Assembly: GCA_942491655.1 (NCBI GenBank)
Contig: CALOBL010000015.1
Location: forward strand, 2,046-66,045
Length of the DNA: 64,000 nt
From: Candidatus Cloacimonadaceae bacterium
GTDB taxonomy: Bacteria; Cloacimonadota; Cloacimonadia; Cloacimonadales; TCS61
Direction of reading: 5' to 3'
A model generated the notes under the pieces. The model made no database searches and was not told the origin of the DNA. It worked only from the letters and a program-made list of their open reading frames with translations. This document shows positions 52,715-63,700 of the stretch, one piece after another. The stretch's first letter is position 1. Each line of letters starts with the position of its first letter. The position numbers and the translations under genes are program-made.

Positions 52715-54445
52715 TTATTCTTCTGATTTTTCCCCAGTTTCTTCCTCAATTTCGAAAGATTCAATGATATTGCTTTTTCCTTGCAATTCATCGATCATGA
52801 AACGAGCAGATTCATGCAGATCACTTTCTGGATAATTCTGTAATAATTCATTAAATATCTCGATGGCCTGATCTTTTTTATTGAGTTCTTCAGCATAGAG
52901 AAAACCTTTCATGAATAAAGCCTTATAATCATCAATATTGTTCTTGTGATTTTTTAAAACTTTATCATAATAATATATCGCATCATCATATCGTCTTTTC
53001 TTCTGTGCTTCCTCAGCTAAATTGAAATACTCTTCCGCAGTTAATACAACAAAAAGCCTGTCGTAATAAGTAATTAAGTCATACTTCTCTTTCAGTTGAG
53101 CCGTAACTTCATCGAACTTAGATCTGGTTTGATCCTTGTTTAGCTGGGCTGAAATTTTGGCTTTAATTTCAGCAAAAGGTTGGGGCTGGGAGGGATTATC
53201 CTGCAGTAGGCGGAAGAAGACAAATTCGCCTTTATTGATCATGAAAATATCCGAGAACATACCGAAATTTTCTTCAGGGATATCTTCCCATATCTTACCT
53301 GAAAAGATCTCATCTTTACCGAATCCCGGGATAATTCCATTATTATAGATATTATCAATTATCCCATTATTATTTGTATAAGTGCAGTTTTCATTAAGAA
53401 GCTCATTTAATTCATCATTATTGTCTTTTTTAAGAGCCTTTTTTGCTTTCTTCAGGATCTTTGTAGCCTGCTCTTCGGAAGTGAAGCTGAAGACCTGTAT
53501 CTTTCTGGTGGCTTTGCTGCTGTATTGGTCTATATTACCATTATAATAATCCATCAGATCTTCATCGGTTATCTGAACAGCATCAACAACTAAAACGTTG
53601 TATATGCTTCTCAATAATACGTTCTTTTTTATCTGTTGAATTGTTTCCTGCAGATCTTCTCTGTCGCGGTATCCCAATTGATCTGCTTCATAAGCAAATG
53701 TCCAGGTTTCAGCCATGTCATTTATGTAATCTGAAAGACTGTTCAGATTCTTTAACTGTTTCTGCTGTTGCGGAGAAAGATCGGGAAATATTTGGATCAG
53801 ATAATTAACATCTTTTTCAATATAATTCTCTGTACTGGAAATAAGTTTGCTGTTTAAAAGATTGGTGTTATTATCCAGATTTTCCAGATCTATTCTGGGT
53901 AAAAGAGTTTGGTCGACACTTACTCCATATTTTGCAGAAAGTTCATTATATTTTTCCGAAATAAAGGATTGTTCTTTCTGACTTTTCAATCTGTTTTCGA
54001 CATCGCCTGCAACTTCTTCAAAAATTCTTCCCGCGTAAATATCTTCTGCATGTTCCTGGAAGAAAATTTGTTTTTCTTCATCTGAGATAACAATATTTTC
54101 TATTAAAAGGTCTTTTTTGTATTCATTTTTAAGCTGGGATACAATCTGCATCTCAGAATGTTCCCTGAAATTGTCCGAATCCTGAAGGTTTCGTTCCATA
54201 GCTTCCAAATAAAAAACTTCTTCTGTGCACATCATATCCAGCAGACTGTTCATTCCATCTTCGGTTCTATATTTCGTTTGATACATCGGGGGTATTTTTT
54301 CTATTCTGTCCTCAATGTCACCATATAATATTTTTCCCCCTGAATATTCTGCAGCAACAGTTTCCCTGGGAACTTGATTTTCACAGTAAACATATAATCC
54401 CATCATTAAAAAAGCCAGCACAATTATGATCTTGATATAATGCAT
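52715..54445 (-). CDS. Exported SurA/PpiC-like foldase with C-terminal TPR domain
   Basis: Signal/TM; SurA-N-like helices; degenerate rotamase region; TPR motifs AIYYYDKVLKNH...KALFMKGFLYAEEL...NYPES. Confidence 0.65.
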   Translation of the reverse strand: MHYIKIIIVLAFLMMGLYVYCENQVPRETVAAEYSGGKILYGDIEDRIEKIPPMYQTKYRTEDGMNSLLDMMCTEEVFYLEAMERNLQDSDNFREHSEMQIVSQLKNEYKKDLLIENIVISDEEKQIFFQEHAEDIYAGRIFEEVAGDVENRLKSQKEQSFISEKYNELSAKYGVSVDQTLLPRIDLENLDNNTNLLNSKLISSTENYIEKDVNYLIQIFPDLSPQQQKQLKNLNSLSDYINDMAETWTFAYEADQLGYRDREDLQETIQQIKKNVLLRSIYNVLVVDAVQITDEDLMDYYNGNIDQYSSKATRKIQVFSFTSEEQATKILKKAKKALKKDNNDELNELLNENCTYTNNNGIIDNIYNNGIIPGFGKDEIFSGKIWEDIPEENFGMFSDIFMINKGEFVFFRLLQDNPSQPQPFAEIKAKISAQLNKDQTRSKFDEVTAQLKEKYDLITYYDRLFVVLTAEEYFNLAEEAQKKRRYDDAIYYYDKVLKNHKNNIDDYKALFMKGFLYAEELNKKDQAIEIFNELLQNYPESDLHESARFMIDELQGKSNIIESFEIEEETGEKSEE

Positions 54446-54497
54446 AATGTAACTCCTTATATTATTAGTGTTTCAACTTAGACATCACAAAAAAAAA

Positions 54498-54515
54498 TTG
54501 ACTTTTTAAAGTCAA
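54498..54515. promoter_or_regulatory. Palindrome made of two back-to-back TTGACT -35-like boxes between divergent genes
   Basis: TTGACTTT-TT-AAAGTCAA lies between starts at 54445 (-) and 54538 (+). Confidence 0.5.
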
Positions 54516-54537
54516 GCAAATAAATGACAGTTCGAAA

Positions 54538-55020
54538 ATGATAAAAAGCATGAAAAGAAGTGAGGTTATGGGAATATTTTCACCAGATCTTATCAAGGTT
54601 AATTACTATGGATTGGATAAAAAAAGCTGTTTGCAGGAAATGGTGGAATTCATAGCCGAGAAAGGAATTATAACCAGCTCGGAAAAGTTTTTCAAGCTTA
54701 TTTATGATCGTGAAAATATCATGTCTACTGGTATTGGCAGAAATATCGCAATTCCTCATGCCAGATCTGCTTTGGTTCAGGAATTGAAAATCTGTGTTTT
54801 TACTCTGGAAGAAGGAATAGAATATAATTCACTTGATGGAGAACCGGTAAAACTAATTTTTCTGATATCTGTACCTGAAGAGATGAAAGAAAAATATATG
54901 AGGATACTTAGCCTGCTTTCCAATTTCTGCCGGGAAGCAGAAAATCGTGAAAAACTGATGAAATGCAAAACTCCGCTGGAAGTATATTATCATGTAAAGA
55001 GGATAGAAGATGAAATATAA
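54538..55020 (+). CDS. PTS EIIA domain protein (fructose/nitrogen type)
   Basis: RENIMSTGIGRNIAIPHAR phospho-His motif; DGEPVKLIFLI; true start may be 54550 or 54568. Confidence 0.88.
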   Translation: MIKSMKRSEVMGIFSPDLIKVNYYGLDKKSCLQEMVEFIAEKGIITSSEKFFKLIYDRENIMSTGIGRNIAIPHARSALVQELKICVFTLEEGIEYNSLDGEPVKLIFLISVPEEMKEKYMRILSLLSNFCREAENREKLMKCKTPLEVYYHVKRIEDEI

Positions 55021-55954
55021 AATAATGATCCTGTTGCTATTTGTTGCTATGGGAAGTTTCCTGTCTGGTATAAATGAGAATGCTGGTACAAGTGGTTTCA
55101 GTTTTCTAAAGGTTAGATATTCTGCCCGACCTGCAGCTATGGGGAATGCTTTCGTGGGACTGGCTGATGATGCCAGCGCTGTTTTTTTTAATCCTTCAGG
55201 TTTAGTGCAGATTAAAACAAGTAAAATCCAGGCTACTTATATGAACTATCTGGATGGCATAAATTGCGGTTCTCTAGTCTATGTCCGTCCCTTTTCAGAA
55301 AAGTTCTCTCTGGCTGGTTTTGCTCAGTTCTTAACAGCAAATGAAACCAGAACAATAGCTGATGATGCAGGTAATTATCTGGGGACAGCGGGTGAATTTG
55401 GGATTTCCGATTTGATAGCTGGTGTAAGTTTAAGCCGGTATATTCTTGATATTCTTAATATTGGAATTAATCTGAAATATATTCAGGAATCTCTGGATGG
55501 AAATGTTGCCTCAGCAATTGCTTTTGATGTGGGAATTCTTCATCAGACCACAAATGAAAATCTTAAAGTTGGGATAGTTTTTAAAAATCTGGGTACTCAG
55601 ATCGGTTATTATTCGGATTCAAAATATGAAGAAAATCTGCCGCGCGTTATAACAGTAGGTTTCAACTATCATCCCAACAGCAAACTGCATGTTCTTCTGG
55701 ATCTGAATAAACCACTGGATCTGGATTTTTCAGGACGCATGGGACTGGAGTATATGGTTCATCAAAAACTAGCTTTAAGGGCTGGTTACAGATCGGAAGC
55801 TTCAGACTGGAGGAATGGGGGAGATCTGGAATTCCTCGCTGGAATGTCATTTGGTCTGGGGTTTAATTTCCGTTCTTATCAAATTGATTATTCTGTTAAT
55901 TCCTTTGGTGATCTGGGCTTTGTTAACCAGATAACCCTGGGATATTCTTTTTGA
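55010..55954 (+). CDS. PorV/PorQ-family outer-membrane beta-barrel
   Basis: GTSGFSFLKV..SARPAAMG.AF.GLADDASAVFFNPSGL; terminal ITLGYSF. Confidence 0.8.
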   Translation: MKYKIMILLLFVAMGSFLSGINENAGTSGFSFLKVRYSARPAAMGNAFVGLADDASAVFFNPSGLVQIKTSKIQATYMNYLDGINCGSLVYVRPFSEKFSLAGFAQFLTANETRTIADDAGNYLGTAGEFGISDLIAGVSLSRYILDILNIGINLKYIQESLDGNVASAIAFDVGILHQTTNENLKVGIVFKNLGTQIGYYSDSKYEENLPRVITVGFNYHPNSKLHVLLDLNKPLDLDFSGRMGLEYMVHQKLALRAGYRSEASDWRNGGDLEFLAGMSFGLGFNFRSYQIDYSVNSFGDLGFVNQITLGYSF

Positions 55955-55979
55955 TCCTTTAAAAAGTACATAGAAAATT

Positions 55980-56008
55980 TGCGGTCATTGAGACCGCATT
56001 TTGTTTTG
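55980..56008 (+). terminator. Terminator after the porV-like gene
   Basis: Stem TGCGGTC/GACCGCA followed by TTTTGTTTT. Confidence 0.65.
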
Positions 56009-56069
56009 AAAAACATAGACAAAAAAAGTTCAGATTCAAAGTTGGCGAAAAATTTTATTCGGGGTTTGA

Positions 56070-58163
56070 ATGAAAACTAAAGATTTGTTACTTGAAATCG
56101 GGGTTGAAGAATTGCCAGCCGGTTACATTCACAATGCAGTTACTAAATTAAACACTTATTTCGCAGACATATTCCATGAATTGCAGCTTAGTTACAGACA
56201 GATCCAGGTATTTTCCACTCCCAGAAGGATTGGTCTTATTGTTAATGATCTTCAAGCTAAGCAGCTGGATAGTACTGAAGAAAAGGTGGGACCTGCAAAA
56301 CAGGCTGCTTATGATTTGAACGGAGAACTTACTAGGGCAGCCCAGGGCTTTTTAAAAAGTGCTGGAGCGTCTGAAAAGGATATCTATATTGTACAAACTC
56401 CTAAGGGAGAAAAAATAGCCCTAAAAATTGAAGTTAAAGGATCGGAGACAGAGGTTTTACTAAAAAAATTAATTCCGGAAGCTATTGAACTTCTGCCATT
56501 TCCCAAAAAAATGAAATGGAAAAACAAAGATCTTACTTTTGCCAGGCCTGTACGCTGGCTTCTGATTTTATTTGGGAATGAGATACTGGAACTTGAATTC
56601 AAAAATATAATCTCCGGGAAATATACATTTGGAAATAGATTTCTTTCTCTGGATAATAAAATTGAGATAAACAATATTGATGAATATGAAATTAAGCTAA
56701 AAGAGAATTTTGTTATAGCTCAAAGAAACAAGAGACAAGAGCTTCTGCGGAAAAGAATTGAAGATTTGCTGATTGATTCGAACTTGAAGCTTATTGAGGA
56801 TGCTGCGTTATTTGAAATAGTGACAGATCTGATCGAACATCCTCAACCCGTTATAGCTGAATTTGATAAACGCTATTTAGATTTACCGGAAAGGATAATA
56901 ACCAGCACTCTGTCACAACATCAGAAGTATTTTTCTTTAGCGGATTCAAATGGTGAACTTTCAAATAAATTCCTCTTTGTTTCTAATGGAGATCCTCAAT
57001 TCAGCGAATTAATTAAACTGGGTAATGAAAAAGTTATAAGGGCCCGTCTGGAGGATGCAGAGTTCTTTTATAAAGAAGACCTTAAAACTACCCTGGAAGA
57101 ATATGTGCCACGATTATCAGAGGTTACATTTCAGGAAAAACTGGGCAGTATCCTGGAAAAAACAGAAAGAATTAAGAAAAATGCTGATTTTATCAGTAAT
57201 TTATTAAAACTTCCAGACTTTGTTAAAGCCAAGACCTTAAGAACTGCAACATTATGCAAAGCTGATCTGGTTACTTTAATGATGGGTGAAAAGGAATTTG
57301 CCAAACTGCAAGGTTATATCGGCTGGAAATATGCTGAAAAAAGTCAGGAAAAAACGCCTGTCCCAAAAGCTATTTTTGAACATTATCTACCTCGCTGGCA
57401 AAATGATGCTCTGCCTGAGTCTATGGAAGGTTCCATAGTGGCAATCGCAGATAAAATTGATACTATTTGCGGCATCATAGGTGTTGGTATGCTACCTACT
57501 GGTTCAAAAGATCCTTTCGCCTTAAGAAGGGCAGCCAATGGTGTTGTACAGATAATTGCCGAAAAGGGATTTGATCTTAATCTGGAAGATTTAATTAGAG
57601 AAACCTTTTCCAATCTAAAAGCTAAATTGGCAGAACCGGAAAATAACATAGATTTTGTTTTCGATTTCATGAAACAGAGGATCAACTGGTTCCTGCGTGA
57701 AAAAGGGATAGATTACGATGTTATAGATAGTGTTATGCATATTGACCACAATCATATTACAGATCTTTTAAAACGAGCCAATGCACTTCAGGAATTGAAA
57801 AAGAGCAGCAGTTTTATCGATCTGGTGACTGGATTCAAAAGAGTTTCCAATATCATTGAAAAATTCGATGGTTCAATATCTGTTCAAAAAGAATTACTCG
57901 AGGAAAATTCTGAAAAGAAATTATTTTCTGAGTATCATCTGCTCAAAAAGAATATTGATGAGATCCTGAAAAACAGCGAATATGGCAAAATCCTTTTGCT
58001 GTTAGTAGATTTTGGGAAATACATAAATGAATTCTTTGATAATGTACTAGTAAATGTTGAAAGTGAGAAATTGAGAAACAACAGATATGGGATTTTGGGT
58101 ATGATCAGGGTACTTTTCCTGAAAGTAGCTGATATCTCCAAAATAGTAATAGAAGGAAATTAA
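56070..58163 (+). CDS. glyS: Glycine--tRNA ligase beta subunit
   Basis: LLLEIGVEELP, FSTPRR, FARPVRW, GNEKVIRARLEDAEFF, GSKDPFALRRAA, LRNNR; 697 aa. Confidence 0.95.
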   Translation: MKTKDLLLEIGVEELPAGYIHNAVTKLNTYFADIFHELQLSYRQIQVFSTPRRIGLIVNDLQAKQLDSTEEKVGPAKQAAYDLNGELTRAAQGFLKSAGASEKDIYIVQTPKGEKIALKIEVKGSETEVLLKKLIPEAIELLPFPKKMKWKNKDLTFARPVRWLLILFGNEILELEFKNIISGKYTFGNRFLSLDNKIEINNIDEYEIKLKENFVIAQRNKRQELLRKRIEDLLIDSNLKLIEDAALFEIVTDLIEHPQPVIAEFDKRYLDLPERIITSTLSQHQKYFSLADSNGELSNKFLFVSNGDPQFSELIKLGNEKVIRARLEDAEFFYKEDLKTTLEEYVPRLSEVTFQEKLGSILEKTERIKKNADFISNLLKLPDFVKAKTLRTATLCKADLVTLMMGEKEFAKLQGYIGWKYAEKSQEKTPVPKAIFEHYLPRWQNDALPESMEGSIVAIADKIDTICGIIGVGMLPTGSKDPFALRRAANGVVQIIAEKGFDLNLEDLIRETFSNLKAKLAEPENNIDFVFDFMKQRINWFLREKGIDYDVIDSVMHIDHNHITDLLKRANALQELKKSSSFIDLVTGFKRVSNIIEKFDGSISVQKELLEENSEKKLFSEYHLLKKNIDEILKNSEYGKILLLLVDFGKYINEFFDNVLVNVESEKLRNNRYGILGMIRVLFLKVADISKIVIEGN

Positions 58164-58167
58164 TTTT

Positions 58168-59382
58168 ATGGAGAGAATTATTGAAATGCAATTAGCACAT
58201 CGGGCGAAGGCAATAAAGCCCTCACCTACTCTAACAGTCTCGGCATTAGCAAATCGTATGAAAGCTGAAGGTAAAGATGTAATCAATTTCGGTGTAGGAG
58301 AGCCCGACTTCAGTACGCCTGAGTATATTAAACAAGAAGGGATCAGGGCGATTCAAAATAATTTCACCAGATATACCGCTTCTTCTGGAATATTAGAACT
58401 CAGGGAGACTATTTCACGCAAACTTGAGATAGATAATGGACTTAAATGCGACCCGGGTGATATTTTAGTCTCTCCCGGTGCAAAAGCTTCCATCGTAAAC
58501 GTTCTGTTTTCAATTTGTGATCCCCGTGATGAAGTGATTATCCCTTCACCCTACTGGGTAAGTTATACTTCTCAGGTGGAAATGGTGGATGCACATCCCG
58601 TATTGTTAAAAACAAATCCCAATAACGATTTTAAGATCAATCCCAAGAAACTGGATAATATATTGAGTGAACTTTGTAACCCGAAATGTATCATTTTGAA
58701 TTCTCCTAACAATCCTACCGGAAGTGTTTATTCCAGAGAAGAACTGGAGAAGATAGGTGAGATCTGTTTAAAACATAATATATTGATCATTTCCGACGAA
58801 ATATACGAGAAGTTGATCTATGATGGCCTGAAGCATGTCTCAATTGCTTCTATTTCAGATGAAATAAGAGAAAGTACTATCGTTATAAACGGAGTTTCAA
58901 AAGCCTATGCTATGACTGGTTGGAGATTAGGCTATGCTGCTGGACCAACCGAAGTTATTAAGCTGGCCAGCCGGATTCAGAGCCATACAACTTCCTGTGT
59001 GAATTCCATGACCCAAAAAGCTGCCCTGATTGCCATGAAAGAAGATGATGGAAGTGTAGAGGCTATGAGGAAAGTGTTCGAGAAAAGAAGGGATTTCCTC
59101 TTATCAGCATTTGATAAAATTGAAAATATCAAATGTAATACTCCCCAGGGTGCTTTTTATGCAATGCCCAATATCAGTTACTATATTCGGCATAATAATA
59201 AAAAAATTCGCAATTCAGTGAGATTTTGTGAATATATTCTCGAAAACTATCTGGTCGCCCTGGTTCCTGGTTCTGCTTTTGGCGCTGAAAATTATGTTAG
59301 ATTTTCCTATGCCAACAGTATGGAAAATCTGATGGAAGGTGTTAAAAGGTTTGAACAGGCATTAAAAGATATGGTACGGTAA
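58168..59382 (+). CDS. Class I/II PLP-dependent aminotransferase (AspC/AspB-like)
   Basis: FGVGEPDF, NSPNNPTG, ISDEIY, GVSKAYAMTGWRLGY. Confidence 0.9.
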   Translation: MERIIEMQLAHRAKAIKPSPTLTVSALANRMKAEGKDVINFGVGEPDFSTPEYIKQEGIRAIQNNFTRYTASSGILELRETISRKLEIDNGLKCDPGDILVSPGAKASIVNVLFSICDPRDEVIIPSPYWVSYTSQVEMVDAHPVLLKTNPNNDFKINPKKLDNILSELCNPKCIILNSPNNPTGSVYSREELEKIGEICLKHNILIISDEIYEKLIYDGLKHVSIASISDEIRESTIVINGVSKAYAMTGWRLGYAAGPTEVIKLASRIQSHTTSCVNSMTQKAALIAMKEDDGSVEAMRKVFEKRRDFLLSAFDKIENIKCNTPQGAFYAMPNISYYIRHNNKKIRNSVRFCEYILENYLVALVPGSAFGAENYVRFSYANSMENLMEGVKRFEQALKDMVR

Positions 59383-59385
59383 CTG

Positions 59386-59589
59386 ATGAGTGAGTTCAAA
59401 GAAGAGATATTGCGTAGGAGGAACCAGCGCCGAACGAAAAAATCTTCTTCCTGGCTTAGCGTAATAGCGAAAATCCTTTTGCTTGCCTTTATCATTGTTA
59501 TGATCCGGTTTATGGGTAAACCTTCAGGAAGGCAGCTTTCTCCAAAGCAAAGTAATATTATTCTGGAAAACAAAGATCAGGCTGATTAA
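59386..59589 (+). CDS. Small single-pass membrane protein with basic N-terminus
   Basis: 67-aa ORF starting 3 nt after the aminotransferase stop; RRRNQRRTKK followed by one TM helix. Confidence 0.55.
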   Translation: MSEFKEEILRRRNQRRTKKSSSWLSVIAKILLLAFIIVMIRFMGKPSGRQLSPKQSNIILENKDQAD

Positions 59590-59824
59590 TATGTCCTACG
59601 ATTTCCCGTTTGCTCCATGTATTTTTTGCTTAGCAATTTTGACAAATTGTATGTCTGAATCATCAATTAATAAATCTTAACCTTGATGGCATTTTTTCCA
59701 CTAAACACGTCTGAAATAGCTGATAAAGAACATCACAACATTTTCATATATAATAATTTACATAGCGTCAAATACGAGATTTACTGGGAACAGAAATTGC
59801 ATTTAGTTATAATGTGAGGTAGAA

Positions 59825-60649
59825 ATGATTGAATGGAGAGTTGTTGTATCAGGTAAATTATCCGCTGCTGAAAATATGGCAATTGATGAAGCGGTTTTCA
59901 ACGGGATAATTGCCGGTACATCTGTGCCAACGATCAGATTTTACGATTGGATCAAACCGACTGCTTCATATGGTTATAATCAGGTTTGGGACAAAGAAGT
60001 TGATCCAGTTTTGCTGGAAAAGTATGATTTTGATTATGTGAGAAGGCCTACAGGTGGCAGGCTAGTTCTGCATAATGAAGAGATCACTTATGCTGTTATT
60101 GCCAGAGCCGAAGAGCAGCTGGCAGGCAACGTGATTCAGTCCTATTCTGAAATCAGCCGCGCTCTTAGGGAGGGATTTCAGCAGATGGGCCTGGAAGTTG
60201 ATTTGGAAAAGGGGGAACTCTCCTCGCAGCATCAGCGTCAAGAGAAGAACCCTTGTTTTACCAGCAGTTCCAGATACGAGTTGAAAATGAAAAATAAAAA
60301 GATATCCGGGAGTGCTCAGGTGAGGAAGAAAAATGTTATCCTGCAGCATGGGTCTATACTGTTAGATCGGGATCAAAGTGTAGTGGCCGATATATTGCCT
60401 GGACTAGGGGATGAACAAAGGATAAGGGTGAAGAATTTTCTGAAACGGAAAAGCACTACAATAAATGAGAATTTAAGAGAAAAAATGCATTTTACTCGGG
60501 GAGCAGAGCATTTCATTAACGGGTTTAAAATAGCCTGGGATGCTGATAAATTCAGCTATTATGATGATTTTGAAGAGCATGAAAAAAAAGAGATTGAAAG
60601 GTTAAAATCGACAAAGTATTCCAGTGAGGATTGGAATAAAAGGAAATGA
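59825..60649 (+). CDS. Lipoate-protein ligase family, LipM-type octanoyltransferase
   Basis: NMAIDEA, RRPTGGRLVLH, CF...YE...KKISGSAQ, LQHGSI resemble B. subtilis LipM motifs. Confidence 0.8.
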   Translation: MIEWRVVVSGKLSAAENMAIDEAVFNGIIAGTSVPTIRFYDWIKPTASYGYNQVWDKEVDPVLLEKYDFDYVRRPTGGRLVLHNEEITYAVIARAEEQLAGNVIQSYSEISRALREGFQQMGLEVDLEKGELSSQHQRQEKNPCFTSSSRYELKMKNKKISGSAQVRKKNVILQHGSILLDRDQSVVADILPGLGDEQRIRVKNFLKRKSTTINENLREKMHFTRGAEHFINGFKIAWDADKFSYYDDFEEHEKKEIERLKSTKYSSEDWNKRK

Positions 60650-60681
60650 AATTTACACCTATTAAATAGGGTAAAAAAAAA

Positions 60682-60710
60682 TTGACATTAATATTCTTAA
60701 TAATTTTTTG
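60682..60710 (+). promoter_or_regulatory. Putative promoter of the TonB-receptor operon
   Basis: TTGACA at 60682-60687 followed by a T-rich -10 region, 61 nt upstream of the start. Confidence 0.5.
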
Positions 60711-60747
60711 TCAAAAATAGTAAAATTCAGACAATAGGGGGAATTAA

Positions 60748-63700
60748 ATGGCAAAGAAAATTATTCTATTGCTTACAATTTCTATTCTTTTTACAAGTAT
60801 ATTGTTTGCTGGTACTACCGGTAAATTAGCAGGAAAAGTCAAAGATCAGAATGGCGATCCTATCCCATTTGCCAATGTTGTTTTGGTGGGAACGGAAATT
60901 GGAGCCAGGACAAACGACAAAGGACAGTACATTATTATTAACATTCCTCCAGGTACTTATAGTGTTCAGATCTCACGACAGGGATTTCAACCTGCCAGAG
61001 TTGAAGGATTGAATATAAACCTGGATGAGACCACTATTCAAAATATGACGCTTTCTAAAGCAGTGATTGAGATGGGTGGTATTAGTGTTACTGCAGCTAG
61101 GAATGAACTGGTCAGCAAGTCTAACACTTCTTCAGGTCTCACCCTCAGTGAAGATGCTATTGAAAATATCTCAGTGGATAACATTGAAGGTCTTGTTGCT
61201 ATTCAAGCGGGTGCTTCAGTTGTTGATGGCGAACTACACGTTAGGGGAGGGCGTCCGGATGAAGTAGTTTTCTCTGTTGACGGTATGTCGGTTTCAGACC
61301 CTGTAGACGGTGGAGCTGCTCTTACGATTGATACGGATGCGATTAAAGACATGAAAGTTATGACCGGCGGGTTTCCTGCTGAATTCGGTAATGCTCAATC
61401 CGGTATTGTTAATATTATTACAAAGGATGGAGGTCGAAACTATTCCGGCAAAATGGAATTGAGTTCAGACCATATCATCGAAGATACCGATAACTCTAAC
61501 TCTGATGTTGTTAAATTTTCCCTGGGTGGTCCCGTGCTTGGGCCAATTGCACCGAGTTTGAGGGACAAATTTACTTTTTTCTTTAATGGTGCTGCTAACT
61601 GGCATGACACACGCTACAAGGATTATTATGATGATAGCCCTGTTGATGAAATTTCCACATTGATTTCAAGCTGGAATGAGTTTGAAGCATACAATCCCTA
61701 TGATGGCCGGGAAGATGTTTTAGGGTTTGATCTAGGTGACAGAAATTATAATAATTATAATGCTAATCTGAAAATGAAGTATGTGTTTAATCCAAAATCA
61801 AATGTTACTTTCGCATTAAGGGGAGATCAATACCATAATCTGCCTTTTGCTTATACTTGGAAGTATGCTCTGGAACATTACGCTGAGATTGAAGGAACAC
61901 AGAGACAGTACATTAGTACATTTGCTCATGTTTTCAATCCACAGATGAACATTAAAGTAAAGGCAAGTTTATACGAGAAAACAGTTAAACAGAATCCTAG
62001 AGGTATAAGTTTAAATGATTATTTCGTAATGGATCCTGACAGTTTTGAGTTATTGTCTCCTAATACTGCAGGCAATAGTACTGGAATTATATATCTTACG
62101 GAAACTGATGGTGATGGAGTAACAGGGGATTATCAGTATTTTAACTGGCAGTATGAAACAAATGACGGTGATGCTGAGGGCATCCCTTTCCAGAGACCAG
62201 GTACTATCTGGGGATCTTATTTTGATGATAGTAACCAGGAACTTGCTCTTAAAGCTGATTTTGAATATCAGGTCAATCAAATTCACGGATTAAAAACAGG
62301 ATTTGAGGTTAAAAAACATCATATTGAAAAAGATCGAGTCCTAAATCCATGGAATATAAGTGATACAAGGTACAATAACTATTTGACTGAACAGCAACCA
62401 GACTCTTCTTTTGTGGCTGGAGACACGATTTACGTCGGTGGATCTGAAGTTGTTTTAACTGAAGACAAGAATTTCTATTCTTTGGAAAACATCTATGCGG
62501 CAACAATTGCAGCTTCTGGTACTACAGATGGTTATAAAGCAGATCCCTGGCAAGGGGCTTTTTATTTACAGGATAAAATGGAGTGGGAAGGAATGATAGT
62601 CAATGCAGGTTTAAGATTCGATATGTGGTATCTGGGTAGCGATTATGATATAGTCACTGCCAATTACACAGGCTCCTATCTTACCTCGATCAATCCTGAT
62701 GCCGAAATGAACTCTATCTATTATCTGCCTGACGCGACAGAAGAAGAGGACCCGGAAAATTACTATAAATATCGTGAAGCTAAAAAATATTACAATAATA
62801 TTAAAGATAGGTTTGAGACTCCTGAGGTTATGGTCTCTCCAAGACTTGGGATATCCCATCCAATCTCAGAAAAAGCAGTTTTGCATTTTGCTTATAACTA
62901 TCAAAGACAGCTTCCTCAGATGCAGTATATCTTTACAACAGGCAGGCCACAGGATGTAATAGAAAATCCAAGTGCCAACATTATTATTGGTAATCCTGAA
63001 CTGGAAGCTCAGTCTACAATTACTTATGAGGCAGGGTTGCAGTATCAGCTGGGAGAAGATTACGTTTTAGATATTACAACTTACTATAAAAATATTTATA
63101 ATTATGTTAGCACTCAGGAAGTCACTGACAGTCTGGATACAACCCTTCAATGGAATGAGTATATTTCTGAAGACTATGGCAGTGCTAGAGGTGTTGATAT
63201 AAACCTGCAGAAATTGTTATCTAATTTCATATCTGGTTCAGCTTCTTATTCTCTGACCTGGGCTAATGGTAATCATTCAGAAACTAATTCGAATAACGAG
63301 GAAAGTTTAAGAGAATTCCCGCTTAACTGGGATATCAGGAACAGCTTCAATCTTAATGTAACTTTCCAGATTGCTAAAGGTGAAGAATTTTATATTCCAT
63401 TCACAGATGTTGTATTGCCTTTAGATGACTTCACTACCAATTTCAGCTACAATATTTCTTCCGGCCGGCCTTACACAGTAGCAGATGATGAGGGCAATCT
63501 GAGTGAGGAAACAAACTCTGATTTACAACCTTATACAGAAGAAGCTGATTTAACAATCAGAAAGAATTTTAGTTTTGGCGAAAAAAGGAAGAGGCTTAGT
63601 TTTTATATGACTATTAACAATCTCTTCAATAAAAGAAATATATATGAAGTATATGCAATTACGGGATCACCCTATTACAGTGGTGTTGATCTTGATACTA

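Noticed and set aside
58168-59382. The PLP enzyme as the missing serine palmitoyltransferase for the lipid operon
   Set aside because: Its motifs (GEPDF, NSPNNPTG, SKAYAMTGWRLG) are class I aspartate-aminotransferase type, not the alpha-oxoamine synthase type.
59590-59824. Possible small RNA or microprotein in the 235-nt gap before the lipM-like gene
   Set aside because: No convincing ORF with an RBS and no stable structure seen by eye; only an isolated TTGACA at 59639.
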